The notes under the pieces were generated by a model that saw nothing but the letters and a program-made list of their open reading frames with translations, did not search any database and was not told the DNA's origin. Made by a program: the position numbers and the translations under genes. A stretch of DNA of 64,000 bases. It comes from Eledone cirrhosa. Its lineage: Eukaryota. Location of the stretch: assembly GCA_964016885.1 (NCBI GenBank), contig OZ024740.1, positions 148,118,001-148,182,000 on the forward strand, given 5' to 3'. This document shows, piece after piece, positions 12,359 through 24,048 of this stretch; position 1 is the first letter of the stretch; the number at the start of each line of letters is the position of its first letter.

Positions 12359-14142
12359 GATATAGGGAACTAAATTCAGCAAGGAATTTTGTCTAACGCT
12401 TTATTGATTCTATTATCCATAAACTTGTTTAGTCTTCTAATGCAAGTTTTAAGAGTTGCTTCTCTTTATATTAAAATGAATATATTATATGCACTCTACG
12501 TAAGATATACTTGGGTTGAACTGATTCTTATGCATGTATGAGCAGATCCTTGGCATGTGTCTTAATCTATCTTAGAGTCAAGGGTATCATTTTAAATCCA
12601 TTGTTCAATTACATTAAATTTAGAATTAGATCCCTGAATTCTTTCATGCCAATAGCATAAAGTGATTGTTACTGATCCTTTCCGACAACAATGTTATGTT
12701 CGCATTTACATATTATTGCAGCAGTCCATTAATTGGATTGCTACAATAATATGTAAATGCAAAGAGCCTTTGCTTGATACGGTATCTTTGAGAAATTTGT
12801 TTCAGGTAACGATCCCCTATACGCGAGTCATGAATTTGCTAATTTCTTCAAACAGTGAAGTTTTAGCACATTACCCCCAGCTCAAGGCACTCTCATTTCA
12901 ATGATTAATGATGCACTGTTGATAAATATGACAAAAGTATACACTCTTCAATATAAAGAACTGTGTTTGTTTTAACTATCTCCATAAAAACATCTAATGT
13001 TATAAGAAAGATCCAATATTTCTATTGTTGATGAGAATCTTAAACCTATTCATTAAAATATCAGTACGATCAGAGTTCACTTACAGCTCAACTACGATAA
13101 GTAGCTCGTGCGCTCAGACGATTTAGTCAGATAATAAATGTAAACTCACATGATGACTGGAATTATATTGTTGAAAACTGTTATATCTATGTATAGGTAT
13201 AATATGCATTTCTTTTTAAAACCTTTAAATGTCCTAAACTTGATTTTTGCGTTTCGTTTCGCTTTTTCTACCCGCCGAAATGCGATTCTCGCTGAATTTA
13301 TATTTGTATTAATCTCCCGAGTTTTACAATTAACCTGTTAATAATTCTATTGACAGATTAATTGCATAAGTTTATTTTAAAAACTACCCGGTTGAGTGCT
13401 TATTCGATTTGTGCTATTTATGCAATTTTTTGCATGATATACACATACTGAATTCATTTACCAAAATCTGGCGTTTTTCCCCTTGTGAATTACACATGTG
13501 CTTTTACGAAGCTCTATGTCATTCACAAACTTGGTACAGAGCAAAATACCTGTTGATAACGTGATATTCCTTGTTCGATCAGTATAGTTTTAAGCAGACA
13601 GTATTATTGATTTAGGAGTCATAGAAACCCTGCATTTGGATTTTACCATCAATTCCAATGGGTCCAGGTCTGTTTTTTTATCATTTATTTTGTTTGACCT
13701 GTTTGGCTTGATTTGCTTTTTGGCTTAGGTGGTTAATGCTTTCTTGACCACTTTTTCAGTTTGTATGGCGTTTTAACATATTATTTAGCTCTGTTTTTTT
13801 TTTAAACTATGGAGCGCTTGCCAGCATAACTCTGATTTTTGCGTTTCGTTTCGCTTTTTGTACCCACCGAAATGTCTAATGGTATCTAAGAGTACTACGG
13901 ATGTAAAAGTCGCTGCATTTGTCGCATTGAATGTGGAATATTTCGTAAGTTCGTTGGCACATGCATGTGTCGCGAATGGCTGTTGATGTCCCTGGGTCAC
14001 TTTTTCGACAGGTGGTCTCGTCGAGAAGGGCCGGACTGGGCTAGTGCATATCTAGTCCCTCTTTGAGGATGGCTCTGCGAATCACAGTGGTTATATTTTC
14101 ACAAATGTATTTATGCGTATAAATGTGTTGCTGAGAGTAGAT

Positions 14143-14221
<79 letters not shown>

Positions 14222-14761
14222 GTTTGTGTATTAAGATGTAGGAAACTATAAGTATGGCTGTTTATAAAGTAGGAGGAAAAAATGGAAGGATGACAAATAT
14301 GAGAAAATAAAGTAGGAAAACATTAACTAGAAAGCTTGATGCCACAAATTAACCGAGAAACTGGTTGCTGACATGAAAAAGTAGTTAGATATGTTATGAG
14401 AGAATGGCTGTGTAAAAACAGGAGCCGTTGCATTCTAAAATGTGGTGACTGTCAGCAAAGGAGTGGTTGTAATAAGGATGGCATAGCTATGATGGAAATA
14501 AATCAAGAAAAAAAGTGGGTGAACTGTAAAAGTGCTGGTTGTGTCAATGAAAGCAAGGAATATGTTGAGAAAGTTGCAGAAGTGTATCAAGGGAAAAGAA
14601 GCGCAGGAGAAAGCCATGTCTGAAAAAGTAATGACACCTCTATAAACCTATATGAACTATTAACACTAAAGTGAACAGTTCCAAATGATACGCCTGGTAA
14701 CAAGACAAATAAATTGATATCTTGATAAATTTCATGGAAGATGAAAGCGTTAGTATCAAAT

Positions 14762-14870
14762 TATAATTGTTTCTACTTTTGGCACAAGACCAGCAATTAA
14801 CCAGTGTATTACTGGTACTTTATTTTATCGATCCCGTAAGGATGAAAGGCAAAGTTAACCTCGGCGGGAT
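14762..14870 (-). mobile_element. SINE, 3' part (Nin/Deu-domain, Octopus OK-like family)
   Basis: Reverse complement of atcccgccgaggttaactttgcctttcatccttacgggatcgataaaataaagtaccag...ttgtgccaaaagtagaaacaatta. Confidence 0.85.
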
Positions 14871-14957
14871 TATCAAATTATAATGTTTTATTATATTATT
14901 TTAACTCAGTGATACGCAGTGTTTTATTAGTTCTTCAGACAATTATACTTTATCAGC

Positions 14958-15061
<104 letters not shown>

Positions 15062-15321
15062 TTATATATGATAATGCTGATGATAATGGTGATGATTTCT
15101 TACGAATGAAACAATTCTAGTTCTGTGGAAGTCATTTATATAATAATATATAGATGTAGATGCTGAAATGTCGTTGTAACTGCTACTTTTCTACATAAAA
15201 AATAACTTCCTATACCAATATGCAGTTAATGCTTTAATGTTTTAAATGCTACGGTGTATATATAAGAGAAGGAGAATCATTTTGACAAGTCGATATTTAC
15301 ATACTTTGAATCCTCAAAGAT

Positions 15322-15405
15322 TTATAATTGTTTCTACTTTGGGCACAAGGCCAGCAATTATCCAGTGTATTACTGGTACTTTATTTTATAGACCCCATAA
15401 GGATG
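15322..15405 (-). mobile_element. SINE 3' fragment, same family
   Basis: ttgtttctactttgggcacaaggccagcaatt...actggtactttattttatagaccccataaggatg. Confidence 0.8.
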
Positions 15406-15534
15406 TGTGAAATGTGTGTGCGATCGTGGTGCATGAGATATGCATGTATGCAGAAATAAGTGAGTGTGTGCTTTATAATCAGAGAGAGGGCGAGAGGGAT
15501 AGAGAGAGGAGGGTGGAGGGAGAGAGGATGGATG

Positions 15535-15565
<31 letters not shown>

Positions 15566-16093
15566 GGGAGAGAGAGAGACGATGGAGGAAGAGATAGGGA
15601 GAGAGAGAGAGATAGAGCGTACGACGTGTGCATCGTATGTGTGGGAATATGAATTAGTGTAGAATGAGAAACAGAAGTGTATTTTAATGTGCTTATTTTC
15701 TTTTTAAATTATATTGCTTTAGCTGAGATTGCATGCGTTATGTATTTTGTAATCCCCGCCCCCTCTCGAATACAAAGCTGGAAAAGTCCCACGTGAAGAA
15801 TTTTACAGAAAAGCACTAGGGGACACAGGGAAGATTTTTCGAATAAAAGACAAATGTTATGAATCTCTCGTCTAGTTAACATAGCTGTGGTAATTGAGGT
15901 CTCAAATGTCTTGACACGACAACCTCACTTCTGTGTGTTAGTATAAGTGCATACACATACACGTGCATTCACAAATATACATTGTCGTTCTTAATCCTTC
16001 ATACAGATAAACAGTTACACAACCGCACGCGCGCACATCTACACACCCATCTTTATACACACACACATATATGTATAAATATATATATATACA

Positions 16094-16161
<68 letters not shown>

Positions 16162-16190
16162 TGTGTGTGTGTGTGTGTGTGTGTATGTAT

Positions 16191-16250
<60 letters not shown>

Positions 16251-18484
16251 GTGGTCGTGAAAACATACACAAACACACACATACGACAGATTAAGTGGAG
16301 AAATTTGCCTAAATGTCACCACCACATGAAGGTTGACGCCAAGTACATGTAATTTCCAATTATGGGAAATTCTCACTTTCCCTTTTTGTTTGCCAAATGT
16401 ATCCTAAACCTCAACAAAGAGATAAAATATAAACATTATTCTAGTTGGTTGCGGTTATGGTTTGGGCCAGAGTTAGGATTTTTCAGATAATTTTGTTGAA
16501 GATTAATCACTATTATTATAAATGTTCAAACGATCTACATTCTTATGTTTCTAATTTTCTGAAGAAGGCTGTGCCTGGTTTTATTTAATGTGGCATTTAG
16601 GTCGAATGTAGAATGGAATAAAAAAAATCAGAATTTACGGTATGCGTGCTTTTCTCAGTGAGTATCAGGAATAGAACTGAATTGAAATCGTTATAATCAG
16701 GAAGTGAATTCGACAATAAACTCTCTTTACCTGGTGTTTGATTTTTCCTCTACGACATTGGGTATTATAAAAATGTTTATTTTATAAAATAATTAAAAGT
16801 AGGTAAATGCGTGTAAGGAGAGTGCATATAATCAACATAATCATTTTTCTGGTGCAATTTTAGCAACGTCTAACCAATGCAAGAAAAATAAAATAAATCG
16901 TACGTTAATTTGAACTAAAATGTAGTATGGTGTAAACAATGTATTGCAAAGCCACTAGTCCAGAGCATTATCGTTATTGATCTCGATTCATTTTATAATT
17001 GATTTCTTTTAGTAAGGTACAATGTCACCGATTCTTGTGTCCCAGTTTGGAATGGATATCATTTATTATATTCAACTTCCTCAAAACTGGCATACGAGCC
17101 CATACGTACAAAAATGGTGAGAAAGATCACTCTTGATAGACCAGTGATATGGTTCCAAGCAGTTCAAATTTGAGAAGATGCAGCTATATAATGCAGAAGG
17201 GTAGTACCCCAAGAGGATCCGATATCAGCTTTGCTTAAGAGAGCCCACATATAGCAACGTTCAATCTTGTCGAAAAATTAGAACCGCATCAAAGCCAGCG
17301 ATGTATCGCATAAAGTGAAGACTCTTCTGGATAGATCTCTGAATCGCGCAAGTTTATATAGTTTCAACGGCACTGTTGAAGACAATATCACATTCTCGGC
17401 TGTTCAAATAAGCAAATCATTAATTAGTTATAGAATTAAAATGATCGACATATTTCCGCATCCTTCTTCAGCAGCGCGGCTAATTCTCGGCTCACACAAC
17501 AGCCAGTGGCGGTATATGTCAACGAAAACTGAAGCAAATAAATTTGGCTTATTCGAATAAACCTGTAGAGCAGAAAATGCAATTTTCAGGCAGTCGCTCA
17601 CAATATCTTACATGCAGTTATATGTTGTTCATACCACTTCACACCTACTGATTGCTGTGACAAACCATTAAGTTCACCGAATCTTCATGCAATTCATAAA
17701 AGAAATGCTGAAATCGCACTGGTCTACTTAGTACCGAATATGTCACGCACATTCCGGTTCATCAAAGACATATAATGACTTTGTTGCGATGTCGCAGACA
17801 TCTTGACAAATGGATTTTTTACCTACATCTTAGAACATGCATGGTGAAAGTCAATTCTTGCACCATGCATGCTCTGATAGTGAAAGTCAATTCATATTAA
17901 TTGTAGGACAGTTGCGGTATTTAAAAAAATGTTTATGCTAGTCTATTTACTGAGTCTGCTTCTCTATTTTTCTCCCCACCACATCTCTTCTAATACATTG
18001 TACAGCAATCCATACTAAAACTAAATGATTCAACTTTACAGTCATCATTTATTTGTATTAATAACTGTTGTGATTTCTTGTGTAAATATTTCATTAATCC
18101 TGTATATATCCTTTTTTTTGTTGAAAAAGTAACAGTGCACCCTCCACATAGCGGCCATTGAACTCGGAAACGTGAACAAATTAACCAGCTATCACGAGGC
18201 AACGAAACGTTTATGACAATTTCATCAACATACATGGACACATATATCTATAGAGAGAGAAAGAGATTTCTGTAGACAGGACACATGCTCAATGTTGTAA
18301 TTCAGCCTCGCTATTTAGTTTCAGTTACTCCAGAGAAAAATAAGGCATATTGGGGAAATGTTTAAAGAGTTACAATTTATTTATGCCAGAAAAGTGTTAT
18401 ATTCTGTAACTTGTAAAAGTACATCTTCCATAAAAAATACATACACAAATTTCCTCCACATACCACAATTGCATTTAGCTGTCC

Positions 18485-18587
<103 letters not shown>

Positions 18588-18688
18588 GTGTGTGTGTGTC
18601 TGTGTGTGTGTGCGCGTGTATATATGTTATAAATTAAAATGACAGGAGGCCAAATAGGTTTAATGTTTTTAATTATTTATTTCAGCAA

Positions 18689-18746
18689 ACACTATGCACA
18701 TTTCAGTGGCCAGGTTGCTTAAGAACCCGGTGAGATCTTCAGGGGT
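18689..18746 (-). ncRNA. Degenerate hammerhead-like motif
   Basis: Minus: ACCC-CTGAAGA-TCTCA-CCGGGTT-CTTAAGC-AACCTGG-CCACT-GAAA-T-GTGC-A-TA-GTGT. Core intact, stem I and the base of stem II are poor. Confidence 0.35.
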
Positions 18747-19158
18747 AAATTGCATAATAGATGTATACTAACGGAATGATGGTAAACATATTCCAAGAGG
18801 CTTTAAAGAAAAGAGCAACGAAAAAACTGAGAAGAAAATTGCTTACGTTTTTGACCCCGAGACGATCAAAGCAGAATGTTGTTATTCATGAAGCTTCGAT
18901 CGTCTCTAATGTTGTTTTTCGCAATTTTGTCCCGGCACCCATTTGAGAGGCCAATTTTGGAACGGCTCCTCCACTATACAGTGGTGGCCATTGCTGACCC
19001 CGAAACCCAACGTCACGAATGCATATTAAGTGTATGAAATTATTTATTATACTAAATATGGTTTCTTGTAATAAATTGAGCATTGTTTTCCTTAGCTTTT
19101 TATGTATGGATATCATGTTTATATATGTGTCGGTAAACAAGTAACACATACTCAAAAT

Positions 19159-19202
<44 letters not shown>

Positions 19203-19209
19203 CGTGTGC

Positions 19210-19284
<75 letters not shown>

Positions 19285-19530
19285 CGTGCGTGTGTGTGTG
19301 TGTATGCATGTGTGTGCTTATTAATTGTTATAAATTAATGTTTTGTCTCCCGTCTCTTACTCCCGTCTCTTACTCTTGTCACATACCTTGACCGCGGGCG
19401 GATTGCAGTACATGGAGTTTTGTGTTTTGTGTTTGTTTGTTTTGTTTAAAAAAATAAATTTTTGAGGTTTTCCCCCATGAAGCATTCTAAAAATTTGAAC
19501 TTGGAAATATGTCTATACCAACGCAAATGA

Positions 19531-19718
19531 CCATAATAATAATTGATCACTATAAATAATAGTTAGGAAAATCGTGCACCTATAGAGACATAAAAACGTG
19601 GACGGAGGCGCCTGCGAGAAAGGGTGCTTCAGCGCATTTGTCTTCTTTTTCCCCATCTCCCTGGATACTCTATCCGATATTGCCAAATATTATTTATAGT
19701 GATCGACTATTATTATGG
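19531..19718. mobile_element. MITE-like element with ~31-bp terminal inverted repeats
   Basis: ccataataataattgatcactataaataata ... tattatttatagtgatcgactattattatgg. Confidence 0.65.
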
Positions 19719-20059
19719 GTATTTACAATGGGGTTAATTCCTACACTGAGCTCTCGAAAGAGATTACGTATCATAAATATCAAACAAGTTTAGATAGGTT
19801 TTTCCTCTGCCCACCAAGCTGGTGTTGATGATCTACTGTAGGACAGAAAATATTTCACCTCATCTGGTTCCGCTCTCTTTAATATTACACCAAAACACAT
19901 CGGAACAGAAACAAATTCCATAAAATTCAAAATGTCCCTGGACAAGTTCCTCCAAAATATGTCACTGAAAATAATAACTCTTTACTAGAGTGGGCCCTTT
20001 TTTCGGTTTTTCAAGCTGTAGATGTTCTAATTTTTCGATATTTTTAATATTCGGCACCA

Positions 20060-20073
20060 TAGTAGTAGTAGTT

Positions 20074-20104
<31 letters not shown>

Positions 20105-20143
20105 AAGTAGTAGTAGTAGTAGTAGTAGAATTATTATTATTAT

Positions 20144-20194
<51 letters not shown>

Positions 20195-20207
20195 CAGCAG
20201 CAGCAGT
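20060..20207. repeat. Compound (GTA)n/(TTA)n/(GCA)n microsatellite
   Basis: Read directly; explains the poly-V ORF 19990..20424. Confidence 0.95.
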
Positions 20208-21045
20208 ATATTACGAAGAGAAATGTAAGGAGAGTAATGTCAATAATAGTATACTGAGCTTGAAACAGCATTACCAAGTACAAAAACAACATCAAATAAT
20301 TAAATGGAAAAAGCGAAACAAAGATCATTTAAAAAAAACAGCAACATTACACAAACAACAAATTACGAACAAAAATAATAACAATACAACCTCGACCAGC
20401 AGCCCAACAAAACAATATACATAACAGTGACGTCAAATGCTCTTTTGCAAAAGTTAATTGCAATTGGATAGAGGTCTAACTACATACACAAAATAGTCGA
20501 AAATGTTAACGAGGCCTAAAAATTATATCACACTCTGGTGTTATCACCCAGCCATAGGACGGAATGAATCTAGCACATCAAAAGCATTCAAATTTAGCGT
20601 CAATGAAATAGTCGAGATCTCCTCTTGGTGCTATTCAGTCGTCTACGAAGTTTGTTTTTTCTTACAAGTTTTTCTAGAATATCTACTACGCCCCTCGCCA
20701 CCCACTACATTGCTACATCTTTTCAAGAAATGTAGCGATTCTCTCACAAATTTATCAGTTATTATAAAATGTCTTCTGTGACGATTATTCACGCCCCAAA
20801 CCACAGACCTGTAATTCAGATCCATAAAGATTGACTTTATTTCAAAATCTTTAACAGCATAGTTACACTCTTCAATTCAAAATTCGCCAACACTACACCT
20901 GATATTCCTGCACTATATACACGCAAGCATGTGTGTGTGTGCGTGTCTGTGTGTGTGTATATCATGACTCATACACTTTACGTTCTTAACATTTTACATT
21001 ATTCTATGTACTATATGTGCACTTGAGCACTGTACACAATACTTT

Positions 21046-21219
21046 TATCGGTAGAGAGTCAGACGCTATGCTTTGCAGCATAGAGTTACGGCCCTTTGCG
21101 GTCTGAGTTCAAATCGCATGAGAATAACTTTGTCTGTCATCCTTACGGGGTCGATAAAATAAAGTACCAGTAATGCACTGGGATGATTGCTGGCCTTGTG
21201 CCAGAAGTAGAAACAATTA

Positions 21220-21251
<32 letters not shown>

Positions 21252-21295
21252 GTTGTTCCTTGTGCCTAAAGTAGAAACAATTATTATTGTTGTTA
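21046..21295 (+). mobile_element. SINE (tRNA-derived head with B-box gagttcaaatc, Nin/Deu domain, (TTA)n tail; 3' end duplicated)
   Basis: ctgagttcaaatcgc...catccttacggggtcgataaaataaagtaccagtaatgcactgg. The motif ccttgtgcc..aagtagaaacaattatt occurs twice, at about 21195 and 21258. Confidence 0.9.
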
Positions 21296-23982
21296 TTCCT
21301 TGAATCTCAGTCATTGATGTTGGTTAACTGGAAAGTCCGTTGGATTGAATATCAAGCCACTACCTGCAGCCTCAGATATTCAGGACGTATCGGAGGGTTC
21401 TTGCTGTTCCAAGCAAGCATGCCTTTTGAAGCGTTCCAAAAAGCGTGAAGGGGCCGATTTTCTTTAACCATCCCTGGAAACTTTTGGAGATAGTCCCCAG
21501 TGCGCCTATGACAATCGGGATCACTTTGACTTCATGGCAGTTCCAAATCCTTTTAACCTCCCACTTTAGGTCCTGGTATCGGTTAATTTTCTCCCTCTCC
21601 TTCTCTTGCACTCTCGTGTCGAATGGGCAGGCCACATCCACAATCAGACACGATCTTTTTTCTTTGTCCACAACCACCAGGTCAGGTCTATTGTGTTCCA
21701 GTTTTTTGTCCGTCTGTATCCTAAAATCCCACAGCACCTTCACCTGATTGTTCTCCATCACCGCTTCTGGCCTATGCTCATACCATTTCTCAGAATGTGG
21801 TAAATTGTTTACTTTGCACAGGTGCCAGTGGATCACCCAGCCCATCACATCGTGTCTCCAGCCCTTATAGTGCGTCTGGGCTAGGTGTTTACACTCGGAC
21901 ACAATGTGAGCCACAGTCTCCTCTCTCTCTCCACAGATCCTGCACAGTGGGCTAGCCTCCTCCTTGTAGATATGGTGCTTCAACCACTTCGTTTTGAGGG
22001 CCTGCTCCTGCGCAGCCATTAGCATTCCTTCTGTAGCCTTTTTGAGGTCTCCTCTTCTCAACCAGTTCCATGTCTGTGGATCTCTAAATTCAGTTTTCTC
22101 AAAGAAGGTACTATGAAGGGATTTTCCCTTAAGGCTGCTCTTCCTCCTTGATGTTATTTCCTCCTTGGACATCCCCTGGCCTACTGTCCCCTCCTTCAGT
22201 ACAGTTCTGAGCATTGGCTCCTTACTATAGGTCACGTATTTGTATAGGTTGTTTTTCTCCATCTGAACACAATCCTCTATGCTGATAAGACCTCTTCCAC
22301 CCTCAGATCTCCTTAGGTAGAGTCTATCGACATCACTCCTCTTGTGGAACATGTTGTAGATAGTCAATAGCTTCCTAGTCTTCCTATCCATTTCTTTTTG
22401 TTCAGCAACATTCCATCTCAGAATTCCCGCACTGTACCTAATAATAGACACAGCTCGGGAATTTACTGCGCTTATGGCATTTCTGCTGTTCAGATGTGAC
22501 TTCAATACGCTCCTTACTCTCCGAATGTATTCAGTTCTTAACAATTCCTTCATTTTTTTGTTCTTTATGCCATCAGCCTCCAGAACGCCCAAATACTTGT
22601 ATCCTTCCTCAGAGTCAATTTCCTTTATCATCTCACCTATTGGTATCTGGATCCCGTTACTTCTGCTCAACCTACCCCTCTTCATCACAATGACTCCACA
22701 TTTACCAATACCAAACTGCATACAAATATCACTGCTGAAAATACAGACAGTGTCAACAAGCACATCCAACTCCTTCTCACTTTTCCCGAAGAGCTTAAGA
22801 TCGTCCATGAAGAGGAGGTGATTGATGGTAAGCTCTCCCCTTCCCAACTTGTATCCTGCTCTCACTTTTCGCAGCATAATGGTCAAGGGCATCAGGGCAA
22901 GGACAAACAACAGAGGGGACAGGCTATCTCCCTGGGAGATACCTCTCTTGATCTTCACGCTTCCCAAGGATACTCCAGTTGATGTCAACTCTGTCTCCCA
23001 GGACCCCATACTCCTGCCTAGCAACTGTCTGATGTTATCTGCCACCCTGAAGATCTCCAGGCTTTTGGTGATCCAGGAATCGGGCACCATGTCAAATGCC
23101 TTTCTGTAGTCTATCCATCCCATGGCAAGATCAGTGTGTCTCCTCCTGCAATTCCCCATTACCATCTTATCAATAAGTAACTGGTCCTTTGTACCACGTG
23201 ACTTCTTTCGGCATCCTTTCTGTTCGTCCGGTAACAAGTTGTCTGTGTGGAGGTGATGGTAGATTTCCTCAGACACAATGCTCGTCAACAGTTTCCACAT
23301 TACGGACAGACATGTGATAGGTCTATAGTTGGTAACATCATTACCCTTGATTCGGTCTTTCATTATCAGAACTGTGGTACCTTTTGTCAACCACTCTGGC
23401 ACCTCACCCGACACCAAGCAGTCATTGAACATGGCCGTCAGCTTCGGGTGGAGGGATGTTAAATGTTTAATCCAATACCCCTGCACACCATCTGGGCCTG
23501 GTGATTTCCAGTTGGTTAGTTTTTTGGCCTGCCCCTTAAGAGTTTCAACTGTGATACTCAAATCAGTTTGTTGTTGTGCCTGCTCACCGATCTCCCTCTG
23601 TACTGTCTCAATCCACCCTGCCTGGGCATTGTGTCTAACATCCTGCTCCCATATTCCTCTCCAGAATGTTTTAGTTTGCTCCGCCCCAGGGATCAAGTCG
23701 TTGCCTCTTTCTTTCCCCTCAAGCTGTCCAAACAGCATCTTCTGGTTGTTGTCGAACATGCGGTTCTGTTTATACTGACTGACTCTGTTCTCGTATCGCC
23801 TGATTTTTGCACTCTTTGCTACAATGCGTTGCTTCAGTTCCTCTATGATAATATTTAGCTTTTTCCTCCTAGTTTTGTACTTTATTTCCAGTCTATTTTT
23901 AGTGCCTATGTTTTTTAGTGTCCCATTCAGTAGTGACTCAAGCTTTCCTATGTCATTTCTCATTTCCCCGATTTGCCCACGA
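21296..23982 (-). mobile_element. R4/Dong-clade non-LTR retrotransposon, copy A, 5'-truncated
   Basis: Contains the 863-aa RT plus restriction-like endonuclease ORF. Short 3' UTR runs into a (TAA)/(CAA) tract. The 5' end abuts the (TAA)n tail of copy B. Confidence 0.92.
21372..23963 (-). CDS. Reverse transcriptase + CCHC finger + REL endonuclease (R4/Dong ORF, N-terminally truncated, uninterrupted)
   Basis: KSPGPDG, YRPITCL, DYRKAFD, QGDSLSPLLF, LFMDDL, YKYLG; CRICGEREETVAHIVSEC, RHD, RPDLVVVD..IVDVACP, EKINRY. Confidence 0.93.
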   Translation of the reverse strand: MRNDIGKLESLLNGTLKNIGTKNRLEIKYKTRRKKLNIIIEELKQRIVAKSAKIRRYENRVSQYKQNRMFDNNQKMLFGQLEGKERGNDLIPGAEQTKTFWRGIWEQDVRHNAQAGWIETVQREIGEQAQQQTDLSITVETLKGQAKKLTNWKSPGPDGVQGYWIKHLTSLHPKLTAMFNDCLVSGEVPEWLTKGTTVLIMKDRIKGNDVTNYRPITCLSVMWKLLTSIVSEEIYHHLHTDNLLPDEQKGCRKKSRGTKDQLLIDKMVMGNCRRRHTDLAMGWIDYRKAFDMVPDSWITKSLEIFRVADNIRQLLGRSMGSWETELTSTGVSLGSVKIKRGISQGDSLSPLLFVLALMPLTIMLRKVRAGYKLGRGELTINHLLFMDDLKLFGKSEKELDVLVDTVCIFSSDICMQFGIGKCGVIVMKRGRLSRSNGIQIPIGEMIKEIDSEEGYKYLGVLEADGIKNKKMKELLRTEYIRRVRSVLKSHLNSRNAISAVNSRAVSIIRYSAGILRWNVAEQKEMDRKTRKLLTIYNMFHKRSDVDRLYLRRSEGGRGLISIEDCVQMEKNNLYKYVTYSKEPMLRTVLKEGTVGQGMSKEEITSRRKSSLKGKSLHSTFFEKTEFRDPQTWNWLRRGDLKKATEGMLMAAQEQALKTKWLKHHIYKEEASPLCRICGEREETVAHIVSECKHLAQTHYKGWRHDVMGWVIHWHLCKVNNLPHSEKWYEHRPEAVMENNQVKVLWDFRIQTDKKLEHNRPDLVVVDKEKRSCLIVDVACPFDTRVQEKEREKINRYQDLKWEVKRIWNCHEVKVIPIVIGALGTISKSFQGWLKKIGPFTLFGTLQKACLLGTARTLRYVLNI

Positions 23983-23985
23983 TTA

Positions 23986-24048
<63 letters not shown>

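Noticed and set aside
14330-14700. Possible RTE 3' fragment (YQGKRSAG)
   Set aside because: Only one weak motif, too degenerate to support a call.
16555-16700. CTGAAGAAGGC hammerhead-like start
   Set aside because: No convincing GAAA/stem III/UH and no closing stem I.
16900-17900. Moderately GC-rich non-repetitive stretch, possible exon or transposase remnant
   Set aside because: No long frame and no motif I could recognise in the frames I translated.
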